A stretch of 64,000 nucleotides of DNA from Thermodesulfobacteriota bacterium. Lineage in GTDB: Bacteria; Desulfobacterota; Desulfarculia; JACQYL01. The translations under genes and the position numbers were made by a program. Shown piece by piece: positions 19,259-28,700 of this stretch. Each line of letters starts with the position of its first letter. Position 1 is the stretch's first letter. The stretch is from positions 2,016,001 through 2,080,000 of the forward strand of contig CAXXLZ010000002.1 of NCBI GenBank assembly GCA_963675595.2, given 5' to 3'. Under the pieces are notes generated by a model that ran no database searches, was not told the DNA's origin, and worked only from the letters and a program-made list of their open reading frames with translations.

Positions 19259-19816
19259 TCACACCTGCAAAATGGCGGATGCCATGGAAGAGGCCCGGCG
19301 CAAATCCTCCTCATTCGGGCGACCTGAAATGTCCCCCAAGCGACCGATCTCATTAAGAATCTTGAATCTTCCGTGGTACTCGCCCACGAAATGCCACTCC
19401 GCGAGAACCGTAAAACCCAAATGGTCCGGAAGCTGGCTCAGATATTTGGTGGTGGGTACCGCCTCGTTGATTCCCGTATGGCTTCCGCCGAACGTGCAAT
19501 ACACCACGGCCTTCTTCCCCTCCTTTTTCGGGGCTTTGGGCCTGACGTCGCCGTTGATGAGATCGTTCCTCAGGTATTTCTTATGCTGCCGCATCAGGAA
19601 TTCCATCATATGCTTGCCCGGAAGCCATTCGTAAACCCCCGACCCGACAAACAGAAAATCGTAATCGAGCAGGTCGATGGTCTCCGGATCCAGGTCTTTG
19701 GTGACTCTCACGGTGTCCACCTTATGCCCGAGGGCTTCGGCGGCCGAACTGATGGAGTCGGCCACTTTCCGGGTATTCGAGGTCGACGTGTAGAACAGAT
19801 TCAGCACTTTCATCAC
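19259..19816 (-). CDS. Flavodoxin-like protein
   Basis: YTSTSNTRKVA FMN phosphate loop, YDFLFVGSGVY, C-terminal RPNEEDL. Confidence 0.85.
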   Translation of the reverse strand: MMKVLNLFYTSTSNTRKVADSISSAAEALGHKVDTVRVTKDLDPETIDLLDYDFLFVGSGVYEWLPGKHMMEFLMRQHKKYLRNDLINGDVRPKAPKKEGKKAVVYCTFGGSHTGINEAVPTTKYLSQLPDHLGFTVLAEWHFVGEYHGRFKILNEIGRLGDISGRPNEEDLRRASSMASAILQV

Positions 19817-19954
19817 ATGCCTCCTTGTTCAGGCCGTTATTTGGTATTGCCATGCTCTTGGATTCAACCGAAACACGTTGAAGCGGCGACGTCCGAAGAT
19901 TACGGACGGAAGCAAGCTCCGATTTCCACCCGTTCGGTGGAAATCGAGAGTAAA

Positions 19955-19993
19955 TGTATTTTATATTACTCTTATTGTCTACTATAAAATACA
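19955..19993. promoter_or_regulatory. AT-rich palindromic operator-like site
   Basis: TGTATTTTATA-N17-TATAAAATACA perfect 11-bp inverted repeat, about 140 bp upstream of the flavodoxin gene. Confidence 0.55.
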
Positions 19994-20469
19994 GCATCAC
20001 CCCAAAGCTCGTGGGTAGTCGGATGGCCGGACACAGCGACCGCCGCCAGGAGTGATTTCTCGGTAAGTGGGATCCTGCGTCACTAAGGAAGCACGACCGG
20101 CCCGAACGAACATGACATAAAAGTGGAACGGCTCGGCCCGATGAGTCATGCCGGTCGTGTCGAGGAATCCAGTGAGGGACCTATTGGGAGCAAGCGACTT
20201 GGCTTGAGAGAAGCGCTTATTCGCGCGCCAAGGGATTATGGGTTCCGGTTCCCGGAAGGCTGAGACCATTGCCGAATTGCGGGTTCACGCCGCCGATTCC
20301 CTATCCCCGGGGAATACGGCGACGGATAGCGACCTGCTTAAGCCGGTTGAATTGCACCCAAGAAACGAGTTGTTCCTCGGCGGTGTACTTCGAAGATATC
20401 CGCACCGGTTACGTAACCGTTGTCTGGAACATTCGCCGGTGACCTTTGCAAATCGCGGTCGGCTGCACC

Positions 20470-22884
20470 TCAAGACGGGGCCGAGCTTCCTTCCACCACC
20501 ACCCCCAACCGCAGCGCCTTCAACCCCGACACGCCGGCCAAGTCCTCGATTTCCAGGGATTCCACCTCCTCACCAAGAAGTCCTTTGCCCTGGAGAAAGG
20601 AAATGTGCTTGAGCATTTCCTCCCGCTCTTCGGCGGTGGAGTACACCACCGCGATCTTGCGGGGTTGCGTAAGGCGTTCCTCCGTGCCCTTGAGCACCGC
20701 CTTGTCCAGTCTGGATTTCACGATCTCATGGCGCACGTCGTAGGCCCCGTCCACGTCGAAGCGTTTTTCGTCGTAACGAAACCGAACGGATAGAGGCGCG
20801 TCCTGCACCAGGATAAGGTGCGCCGTGTCCAGAGGCACCGGTAGGTCCGGTTTGAGCCGTTCCGTTCGCACGGCCATGCCGCGGGCCACTTCCAGTTGCC
20901 ACAAGCGCAGGTTCTTGAGGAACAGGGTGCTGAACTCCCCGCTTTCCACCAAAGAAGCGCCCGCATACACCACGTAGTCCACGCCGTCCGTTCTGTGCCG
21001 CTCGAAGAAATGGGGACACAGGGCCTGAATGCGAGCCTCCTCTTCATCGAGATAGACGGCCAAGGCGTCGTTGAGCAGGCGAACGCTCTCTTCGAAGTCT
21101 TTCCTCCGCCGATAGATGGTTCCCATCCTGGGATCCAAAGCGGCATGGTAGACTTCCACCGCTTCCGCCGTTTCCTCGCCGAATCGTTCCAACTGGGGAA
21201 ATTCGCTTTCCACTTCATCGTGCAGGAAACGCACCACGGAAGTCTCCTCGCCGGCGTTCAAGCCTCGAGCGATCCGTTGGGATAGAGCAGTCACCCGCGA
21301 TGCGAGCTCTTCGAGAATGGGCAGGCGTTTCTTGTTGAGTGCCGAATCGAGAACCGACTTTGCAAGCTCCAGATGATCCGACAGGTCCTGTTGGATGGCG
21401 CGATTCCGGGCCTCGGACGAACCCCGGATGTCCGACGCCCCATAGAGGGGCGTCACGTCCCGAAACACGATGGGCTCGATCTCGGAAGCCTTTCCTTGGC
21501 GCATGTGTTTCAGGTGTCTCGCGGCCGCCTGCCGGAAACGCCATTCCACAATGGGGTGGATGGCGGTGCATTTCTCCTGGATGATTCCCTGAATCTGATG
21601 ATTCATGTCTTCCAGAATGCGCTTGATCACCATGGAAAACAAAGGCTGCACCTCGGCCACGAGAGTAGTATCCATGGGACCGATATCAAAGGTCTTGCAG
21701 TATCCCAGGTTCAACGATCCGATCACCCTGCCTTCATATTTGAGCGGCGCAATGAGCAGGGATCGCACTCCCATCCGCTGCAACTCCTGAACACCGCACT
21801 TCTTGGCCAACTCCCGATCCACGTCCGGCACCTTCACCATCTCTCCGCTGTGGATCGCCCGTTCAAACAACGTTCCCGAAAATTGACCGAAAGGTACATG
21901 CGTTGAATGGGCAAAGATACAGTCTCTCAGGCATTGGCTCCCCTCGTTGAACAAGTGAACCTGCCCGTCGTGAATGGCGGCCAGACTGACCACCAAACCG
22001 GGCCGCCTCATCAGGACCCTCAGCCGGTGCTGCAGCCGTGCGAAACCTTCGGGGGAGACCAAATCCTCCTGGTCGATGATGTCCCGTTCGAGTTCCGACA
22101 TGGTCTCGGTTTCGGTAACCTCCGCGAGGCGCACCCATGTAAATCCAAAAAACTCGAACTCCTTAGGGGGAAGGACGTCCATGATCCGTTCCGGTTCGAG
22201 CAAATTTTCGAAGACGAAGATTCGCTCCTCTTCCGACAATTCGGGAAGTTGGTTCCGAGGGCTCACATGGAAAAACCGGCTGTCGAAATGGAGGCGGAAA
22301 CGGCGTTCCAGTCCCGTATCCGGGTCTTCGATGGCCCGGATCAGAGGATAATCAAAGTCATGGGTGACGCCGTAGTACTTCCGCAGCACCATCAGGTAGG
22401 CACGGGCCAGCCGGCCCACAACGAAGCCGGCTTTGTCCACGTTGATCCTGCCCAGGAGTTTCCCGTCTTCGCTCAGGAACAGACGTCTGAACGCCGGAGT
22501 CACGAAGAAAGGATCGGCGAAAAAGGGCACCATGGCGCAGGCGAGTTCCGTATCCCAGAACGTGGGAGGCAGGATATAGCTCATCAGAGCCTCGACCCGG
22601 TCACGGTTTCGCTCGATGACGCCCATGTCTTCGATGGGCCCCTCCAACTCCGGCGCCTCGGACAGGATATCGTCGATATCCCGTCGCAACCGGAACATGG
22701 GGGACCGTTCGGAGTTCGCGGCCTCACGGAGGTGCTCGATGAGCGGTCCCAGGCTGAGGACCACCCGAAACGGAAAGTCTCGGTAACTTTTACCGCGAAT
22801 CAATCGGGAGAGATCTTCCGTCGGCGTCGCCTCACCGGGTTGTCTCGGAACCCGTTTCATTGGTTTCTTCGGCAGAAGGGACAT
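20470..22884 (-). CDS. GAF-domain protein with C-terminal class III nucleotidyl-cyclase-like domain
   Basis: GAF (GVRSLLIAPLKYEGRVIGSLNL); SDIRG, TDG, FDVDG...SRLD motifs; SD GGAGG. Confidence 0.75.
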   Translation of the reverse strand: MSLLPKKPMKRVPRQPGEATPTEDLSRLIRGKSYRDFPFRVVLSLGPLIEHLREAANSERSPMFRLRRDIDDILSEAPELEGPIEDMGVIERNRDRVEALMSYILPPTFWDTELACAMVPFFADPFFVTPAFRRLFLSEDGKLLGRINVDKAGFVVGRLARAYLMVLRKYYGVTHDFDYPLIRAIEDPDTGLERRFRLHFDSRFFHVSPRNQLPELSEEERIFVFENLLEPERIMDVLPPKEFEFFGFTWVRLAEVTETETMSELERDIIDQEDLVSPEGFARLQHRLRVLMRRPGLVVSLAAIHDGQVHLFNEGSQCLRDCIFAHSTHVPFGQFSGTLFERAIHSGEMVKVPDVDRELAKKCGVQELQRMGVRSLLIAPLKYEGRVIGSLNLGYCKTFDIGPMDTTLVAEVQPLFSMVIKRILEDMNHQIQGIIQEKCTAIHPIVEWRFRQAAARHLKHMRQGKASEIEPIVFRDVTPLYGASDIRGSSEARNRAIQQDLSDHLELAKSVLDSALNKKRLPILEELASRVTALSQRIARGLNAGEETSVVRFLHDEVESEFPQLERFGEETAEAVEVYHAALDPRMGTIYRRRKDFEESVRLLNDALAVYLDEEEARIQALCPHFFERHRTDGVDYVVYAGASLVESGEFSTLFLKNLRLWQLEVARGMAVRTERLKPDLPVPLDTAHLILVQDAPLSVRFRYDEKRFDVDGAYDVRHEIVKSRLDKAVLKGTEERLTQPRKIAVVYSTAEEREEMLKHISFLQGKGLLGEEVESLEIEDLAGVSGLKALRLGVVVEGSSAPS

Positions 22885-23350
22885 CTTCCTCCTCCGCTCC
22901 GCCGAGTTCTTTCAACTCGGCTTCCAATTCGCTGATTCGGGCCTGTTTTTCCGCTATGGCCGTAAGAATCGATTGTATCTCCGGATCGTTGAGCAGGTTG
23001 AAGGTCTTATTGCTGTACAGACCGTAAAACACGCTCCCCAACCCGCAGTAGTCCTCCTCGATCTCTTTGCGGATACCTCGAATTTCGTAGCGAATGGAGA
23101 GTTTGCGTTTCTGCTCCATGGCTTTGCTGCCCCAGGAAGACAAAGTACTGGTGATCGCTCCGAAAGTGCCCTCTTTCTGTTCCGGTTCCCCGACCGCCTC
23201 ACCTTGCTCGTCGGGTTGGGCTACGGGCGCCTGCACGGCGTCTTCCGCCCATGCCGTGGCCGCAGGAGACAACGGCAGTTGGACGGCAAGCAGCGGGAGC
23301 AACAGGGCCATGAGGAGGCACCGATACAGACTATGAACGATCGGACTCAT
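22832..23350 (-). CDS. Exported coiled-coil hypothetical protein
   Basis: SD AAGGAG before ATG 23350; signal peptide ending AWA; heptad-like helices; acidic tail. Confidence 0.7.
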   Translation of the reverse strand: MSPIVHSLYRCLLMALLLPLLAVQLPLSPAATAWAEDAVQAPVAQPDEQGEAVGEPEQKEGTFGAITSTLSSWGSKAMEQKRKLSIRYEIRGIRKEIEEDYCGLGSVFYGLYSNKTFNLLNDPEIQSILTAIAEKQARISELEAELKELGGAEEEDVPSAEETNETGSETTR

Positions 23351-23418
23351 AAGCAACACTCCTTCCTTTCTCTTGGCGGTTCGCATTAACTTTCGCAAAA
23401 AATGGTTCCGAAAATCGT

Positions 23419-25614
23419 CTAAGACGGAATGTCGATGGTGAGAACGATAATGCTGTTGTCCTCTTTGGTGACTTCGATCAGGCCGCCGTGCTTATGAATG
23501 ATCATCTTCACCGCGGGTAGATCCAAGGGCGCCATGCCGGAATCCGTTCCCACAAACGGGAAAAAGAAATGGTCCACCTCCAGTGCGGACGGGGAGGATA
23601 CCGGATACTGGATGGTGACATGAGAGGTTTCCGGGAACTGCTCCACCGAAGCCTCCAACTCCGCTTCGTCCGGCATTCGCCGGAGAGCGTCTTTGAACAA
23701 CGTCTGAAACACTTCGCGCATGAGCTTGGGGTCCACCTGGATCAATCTGGGCGTACCGTCCTCTTCAAGCTCCATCCGGATGTTGCGCGCGCCGGCTTCG
23801 GCGCTCAGCTCATCGATGACCTGCCGGATCATGGTGCTCAGATCCGTGGCCTCCATGAGCATGTCCAGCGGTTGAATGTAGGAAAGAATCATCTTTAGAA
23901 TCAGCTCGAGTCTGGCCGCTTCCTGCAGAATGATCTCCACGCTCTTGTGGTTGGGATCCTCCGGGGGAATGGCTTTGAGAAGCCTTCTGGCGAATCCTCC
24001 CACGGTCATCAGGGGATTGCGGATCTCGTGAGCCAGCTGCATGGAAACCTCATGCAGGGTCTTGAGTTCCTCCGTCTTGATGATCTTCTCCTGCAGCGTG
24101 TAATGCTCCGTTGTATCCACCATGATACCGTCGATGAACAGCACCTTGCCGTCGTGGTCCCGGTGAGGAATCGCCTGATCCTCAATGTGGATCAATTTTC
24201 CTTCGGGATTCCGGCAGCGATATTGCATCCGTACGGGCACTCCGTCTTCGATGCACGTGCCGGTCTCCTGTGCCACACGTTCGGCATCCTCCGGCAACAC
24301 AATTTCGGTCCACCAGTTCTTCCTCCCGATGACCCGATCCACGGAGACTCCCAGAAGGGCCTCGGCATACTGGTTGAGAAACACCAAAGTCCCGTCGGGC
24401 ATCAGTCGATACACCACCAGAGGAACGTTTTCCACCAAGGTACGGTATTTGTCTTCCGAGGCGATCAGGTCCGAGGTGCGTTCACGCACCCGGCTCTCGA
24501 GGTCGGTGGCGTATTGCTCGAGTTGCTCACGCGACTCGTTCAGCGCGTTGATCATTTGATTCAGCGACAGGGTGAGCAATCCCAACTCATCCATAACCGT
24601 GGGGATCAATCTCCTGTGTCGTTTTCCGGAAGCGATCTCACCTGCGAGAACCACCACTTCTCTGATGGGCTTAAGGAAGAAAGTGCTGATGCGATAGACC
24701 AGAAAGGTCGCGAGGATCAGCGCCAAGACCCCAACGCCCATCATGACGTGCCCGGACCGAACGATACGTTTCTCGATTGCCGATCTGTCCAGCACGATCT
24801 TGACGACCATGACCGCCAGCCCGGAGTAGTCCGTAAGAGTCCCCACCAGAACCGATTTGTGGGGATCGTTTTTCGGCCCCAGGAAGATCAGGGGTTCTTT
24901 GGAAGAGAGGGCCTCCACACACTCTTCCATGCAAATGGGATGGTCTTCCTTCCAAGTTGCCGCGGTTTGGACGAATTCTCCATCTTGATTGAGTTCATAG
25001 AGGGCCACGTCGATATGTAGACGCTGCTTCAACTGGGCCAGAAAGGCGTCTCCCAAGTTCCAGCCCACGCCCACGGTGCCCACGATCCTGCCTTGCCACC
25101 TTACCGGAGCGACACCGCGACAGCCCGTGCCGTACACGCCTCTCTCCAGTCCATAGACCACCTCGCCCTTTCTCATGGCCTCCACGATGGTTCCACGGAA
25201 AAAAGACATATGATCCCCGTAGCGATCCGGCTTATGGACCCGGAGAAAAGAAACGGCCACCGGTGTGTGAAAATGGAGTTGGTCGATACCGAAGCTTTGC
25301 TTGAGGTTGGCCAGCGTCGGTTTCATCAATTCGAGCAGCTTGGCTCGCTCCCGCTCCGCAAAAGCCTTGGCCACTTCCTGGTTCAAGGAGATGCTCGTGG
25401 CCAAAGACCCCATCATCCTTCCCTGGTTTTCCATCTGGATCAGGAAATTATTGTAGTACCCCAGCAGAAGATTTCGTTCCTGTGCGGCAATCGTAGCATA
25501 CTGGTAGCGCAGGCCCACGTAATCCACGGCTGCGATGCTCGCCAAGGAAAGGAGCAAGAACGGCACGACCAATTTCCACTTCAGGCTGACATCTCGGATG
25601 CGTTTCAATCTCAT
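23419..25614 (-). CDS. Cache-HAMP-PAS-HisKA sensor with degenerate HATPase domain
   Basis: SFLRVHKP..GD...FR.T (Cache), DELGLL..SLNQM (HAMP), PAS, LAHEIRNPL H-box; N and G boxes missing. Confidence 0.85.
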   Translation of the reverse strand: MRLKRIRDVSLKWKLVVPFLLLSLASIAAVDYVGLRYQYATIAAQERNLLLGYYNNFLIQMENQGRMMGSLATSISLNQEVAKAFAERERAKLLELMKPTLANLKQSFGIDQLHFHTPVAVSFLRVHKPDRYGDHMSFFRGTIVEAMRKGEVVYGLERGVYGTGCRGVAPVRWQGRIVGTVGVGWNLGDAFLAQLKQRLHIDVALYELNQDGEFVQTAATWKEDHPICMEECVEALSSKEPLIFLGPKNDPHKSVLVGTLTDYSGLAVMVVKIVLDRSAIEKRIVRSGHVMMGVGVLALILATFLVYRISTFFLKPIREVVVLAGEIASGKRHRRLIPTVMDELGLLTLSLNQMINALNESREQLEQYATDLESRVRERTSDLIASEDKYRTLVENVPLVVYRLMPDGTLVFLNQYAEALLGVSVDRVIGRKNWWTEIVLPEDAERVAQETGTCIEDGVPVRMQYRCRNPEGKLIHIEDQAIPHRDHDGKVLFIDGIMVDTTEHYTLQEKIIKTEELKTLHEVSMQLAHEIRNPLMTVGGFARRLLKAIPPEDPNHKSVEIILQEAARLELILKMILSYIQPLDMLMEATDLSTMIRQVIDELSAEAGARNIRMELEEDGTPRLIQVDPKLMREVFQTLFKDALRRMPDEAELEASVEQFPETSHVTIQYPVSSPSALEVDHFFFPFVGTDSGMAPLDLPAVKMIIHKHGGLIEVTKEDNSIIVLTIDIPS

Positions 25615-25714
25615 TTCGGTCGGAAACCACTCTGCCGTGATTGGTGTGGAACACTCTCGGGAAAGCCCACCCCGAAGATCAATGGACGAGGAGTCCTTCC
25701 ATAACAGAGCGCGG

Positions 25715-27913
25715 TTAGGTGCTGAAAGCCTCCAATGCGCGCTCCAGGTTCTTTTTCAGCCTCTTGTGATATTGGTTGGCGGCATACCTGGGACCGTTGT
25801 ATGCATAACTGATTTCCTTGATTGAGGAGTCTCGATCAATGTTCCGCGCCTTCAGGTATTGAACCATCAGCCGAATATTGTTTTCGGGTTTGGCCAACTC
25901 CCCCGGGGAGCCTCTGAAACCCAGGGCCCAAGCAGTTTCATACAGAATATGGCCCGGCCCCCAGGAACCCGCCAGCAGTACGGAGAACCGACCGAAGAGC
26001 TCCTCGAATCGTTTCTTTTCGTCCCCTGTTAACCGCGCCTTCAGATCCAGGACCTTATCCACCCTTCGGGCTTCGAAACGAAAGAAATTATCCAATCCGG
26101 CGTGACACTCGTTCCAGACCAAAGCATAGATCAGCTCCGGATAATCGTAGTCGAGAGATCGGCATGCGTCCAGGATCAATTCCTTAAGATACAAACTGGA
26201 GATTTGCCGGTCTTCCGGTGCACGAGGCACGGGAATAAGCATGCCGGGGAAAACATGCTCTCGGCGAAACCCGCTGAATACCAGAGAATAATCATAGACG
26301 CCCGGAAAACGCGACCTGAGTTTATCCCGAACGGCTTCCAAGGGCCGCCCCGAAGAAACGTCCGCCTTCTCCACCCGATAATACAACAAGTCGGCATCCT
26401 TGATGAACGTCATGCCGTTTTCCTCGACCCGCACCAATTTCCAATCCATGGTTCGATGCAGCGGCGACGCATCTGCGGGGAGATCGAGTTCTTGGGCTTG
26501 ATCGGGCAATTCCTCGTCCAGTTTGGCAAGAAGCCGGCTCACGTCGGCTTCATCAATCTTCAGACGAAAAGCGACGGAATTGATCCTGACCTTCTGTTCC
26601 TCGAAGTAGGCTCCCACTCGTTTCATATCGGTGAGAGTTCGGTCGAAAATTTGCCTGGTATTGAGCCGTTTGCCGGAGGCGGTCGCTTTGGCCTTGTTGA
26701 TGGCGTACACGGACATGAAAAGCTGTTCGTTACTCCCATGCCACAGGTCCGGAAGCCAGGAACCGAAGTTGAATCGGTCCCGCTGCGCCCGCCGGAGATT
26801 TTGCCCATCGACCCAAGCCGAATCGTACACTGTTTCAAGATTCTCCGGACGGAGGAACATCAATCGATGATCCTTTCCTTCGAGAGTCAGGCGCAGCAAG
26901 GAAACGCTGGTCCGTTGTTCGTCTACCCGGGCCACCAGGCCGTTCGGAAAGCGAATCTGTTTCAGGTCCTCTATAAAACGTTTCTCTCCGGCTTCTTTGA
27001 GTATTCGAAAAAATCTCTCGACCCGGGCACGTTCTGAAAGTTTCGGCTTATAGAGCCCGATCTCATAGTATAGCCGTGCCACGTCTTCCCGCAGACTGGT
27101 AATCAAACGCCGGTCGGAGGTTTCTATTTTCTTCCGAGTCTCATCGAGTTCGGCTTCGATGTTTTCCACGGGCAAAGGATAGATTCTGAGAAAAGCGGTC
27201 TTGGAAGGTTCTCGGGCCAAGAAGCAACGATATCGCGTCTTCTCTTTCCCTCCGGGTGCCTCGAAGATCACCTGCACCGTATGCAGTTGATCCAGATGCG
27301 CGAACATCTTGTTCACCCGCACTCGAAATCCGTTGATCGAACCCAACGCGAACTCGGAAGTATCGTAGACTTCGACTCCGTCGTCCAGCCTGGATACCGC
27401 CACTTTGGCGGAGGAACCATTAGGGCGACGAATTAACAAACACCGCACCAGATAAGGGTCTTCATCGCGAAACGAAAACTCGGCGTGAATCCGGTTGCCC
27501 TCGCCGAAGTCCCAGAATCCCGAGTGAAGATCAATGGTTCCGCTTCGTGTAAGCCGATCCAGGACGCCCTCTTTTGCATACGAGGAAACGGCCGATTCGA
27601 AAGCGGCGATGAACGCGGCATTGGTAATCGTGAGGGGGGCACCGGACGTGCGATTTCTTGCCAGGATCTCCCGCTCAAGCAATTCCTTGAAACGATAACC
27701 AAAGGCTTTTTCCGCCCGGTTATCCAGCCACCACTCGAAATCAACTTCAAGAGCCCGTAGGTCCTCATGGAGGACTTCCAGATACTCCGCCCTGGTAACC
27801 GGCCTGCGCTCGGGCCCACCGGCACAGCTCAAGAGTTGGGTCACCGCCACCGTTGCCACGATGAAGGTCTTCCAGGAGATGGAAATAGAAAGAGCTCTCA
27901 AAGGATGATGCAA
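25715..27913 (-). CDS. Large lipoprotein with C-terminal lysozyme-fold (N-acetylmuramidase-like) domain
   Basis: Lipobox LLSC; LIYALVWNEC, SWGPGHI, AYNGPRYAANQY. Confidence 0.65.
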   Translation of the reverse strand: MHHPLRALSISISWKTFIVATVAVTQLLSCAGGPERRPVTRAEYLEVLHEDLRALEVDFEWWLDNRAEKAFGYRFKELLEREILARNRTSGAPLTITNAAFIAAFESAVSSYAKEGVLDRLTRSGTIDLHSGFWDFGEGNRIHAEFSFRDEDPYLVRCLLIRRPNGSSAKVAVSRLDDGVEVYDTSEFALGSINGFRVRVNKMFAHLDQLHTVQVIFEAPGGKEKTRYRCFLAREPSKTAFLRIYPLPVENIEAELDETRKKIETSDRRLITSLREDVARLYYEIGLYKPKLSERARVERFFRILKEAGEKRFIEDLKQIRFPNGLVARVDEQRTSVSLLRLTLEGKDHRLMFLRPENLETVYDSAWVDGQNLRRAQRDRFNFGSWLPDLWHGSNEQLFMSVYAINKAKATASGKRLNTRQIFDRTLTDMKRVGAYFEEQKVRINSVAFRLKIDEADVSRLLAKLDEELPDQAQELDLPADASPLHRTMDWKLVRVEENGMTFIKDADLLYYRVEKADVSSGRPLEAVRDKLRSRFPGVYDYSLVFSGFRREHVFPGMLIPVPRAPEDRQISSLYLKELILDACRSLDYDYPELIYALVWNECHAGLDNFFRFEARRVDKVLDLKARLTGDEKKRFEELFGRFSVLLAGSWGPGHILYETAWALGFRGSPGELAKPENNIRLMVQYLKARNIDRDSSIKEISYAYNGPRYAANQYHKRLKKNLERALEAFST

Positions 27914-28213
27914 ATTCCTAAGTCTTAGAGATTTCTTCGTTAAAGGAACAACAAATTATTGTAGAATAAAAGAAGGGGGAGACCAAGTGGTAAGGAGGGC
28001 TTTCGCAAAGACCCGTGAGACGGTGTAAGGCTCGAGAAGAAACCAATTAAACGGTTTTCTCGTCATAAACTCCTTTCAGTTCAAAAACGCCCCCTTCCGG
28101 GTCCGAGCATCTTCCCACCTCTCGAATTCATGATCGATTTTCAACATCATTCGGACGCCTTATGCCCGTTCCAGCGAATCGACGGCATCGGGGAAGCGCC
28201 GCGACGGCGAGTC

Positions 28214-28444
28214 TCAAGAGCCCGTAGGTCTCTCCTTGGGCTCCATGAACAAACATCGCCTTCCCGACGACAGGTAGACGGCTACGCTTGGTAATTGGCG
28301 CGACTTCATCCCGAAAACACGGCAACCGTAGGGAAAGGAAGGATCCCATGTGACGTAGAAATGCCTGCACCGGTAGCAGAGCGCAGTGCCTCTTTTTTCC
28401 GTTCCCCGGGTTTGCCCCGGATGTTTGCCTTTCGTCACGTTCAT
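28214..28444 (-). CDS. Small Cys-rich conserved hypothetical protein
   Basis: CYRCRHFYVTWDPSFPYGCRVFGMKS..LPS..V...SG..C pattern. Start uncertain. Confidence 0.75.
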   Translation of the reverse strand: MNVTKGKHPGQTRGTEKRGTALCYRCRHFYVTWDPSFPYGCRVFGMKSRQLPSVAVYLSSGRRCLFMEPKERPTGS

Positions 28445-28700
28445 GTCCGCCGACCCCCACGCCGGGTGAGGGTCCTTCCGGTTTTCGGCATGCTTCAACT
28501 ACGACTTGGGAATCCGTACCAGGAAAAAATTCGGCCTGTCCCCGCCTGTAAGACCGCAAAGGCCTCCCCGGACCGTTTCCGGTGAAACGGGGAAGGTCGC
28601 TTTCCCTTTCAACCACGCAGTACTCGCGGCCTCCGAAAAGGAGGCGTTTGCCCCCTTTGGATGGGCTCCCGGCAAGGCATGCCCGACGGATTATCGGATA

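Noticed and set aside
16598-19816. Selenoprotein (UGA readthrough) in the redoxin/rhodanese/DoxX genes
   Set aside because: Active-site positions are Cys or Gly codons; no in-frame TGA.
20045-20203. Calling the hairpin 6S, SRP, RNase P or tmRNA
   Set aside because: Lacks their conserved sequence motifs; left as an unassigned finding.
27995-28065. c-di-GMP riboswitch-like GCAAA...GTGA stem
   Set aside because: Only partial resemblance, wrong strand for the adjacent gene, second stem absent.
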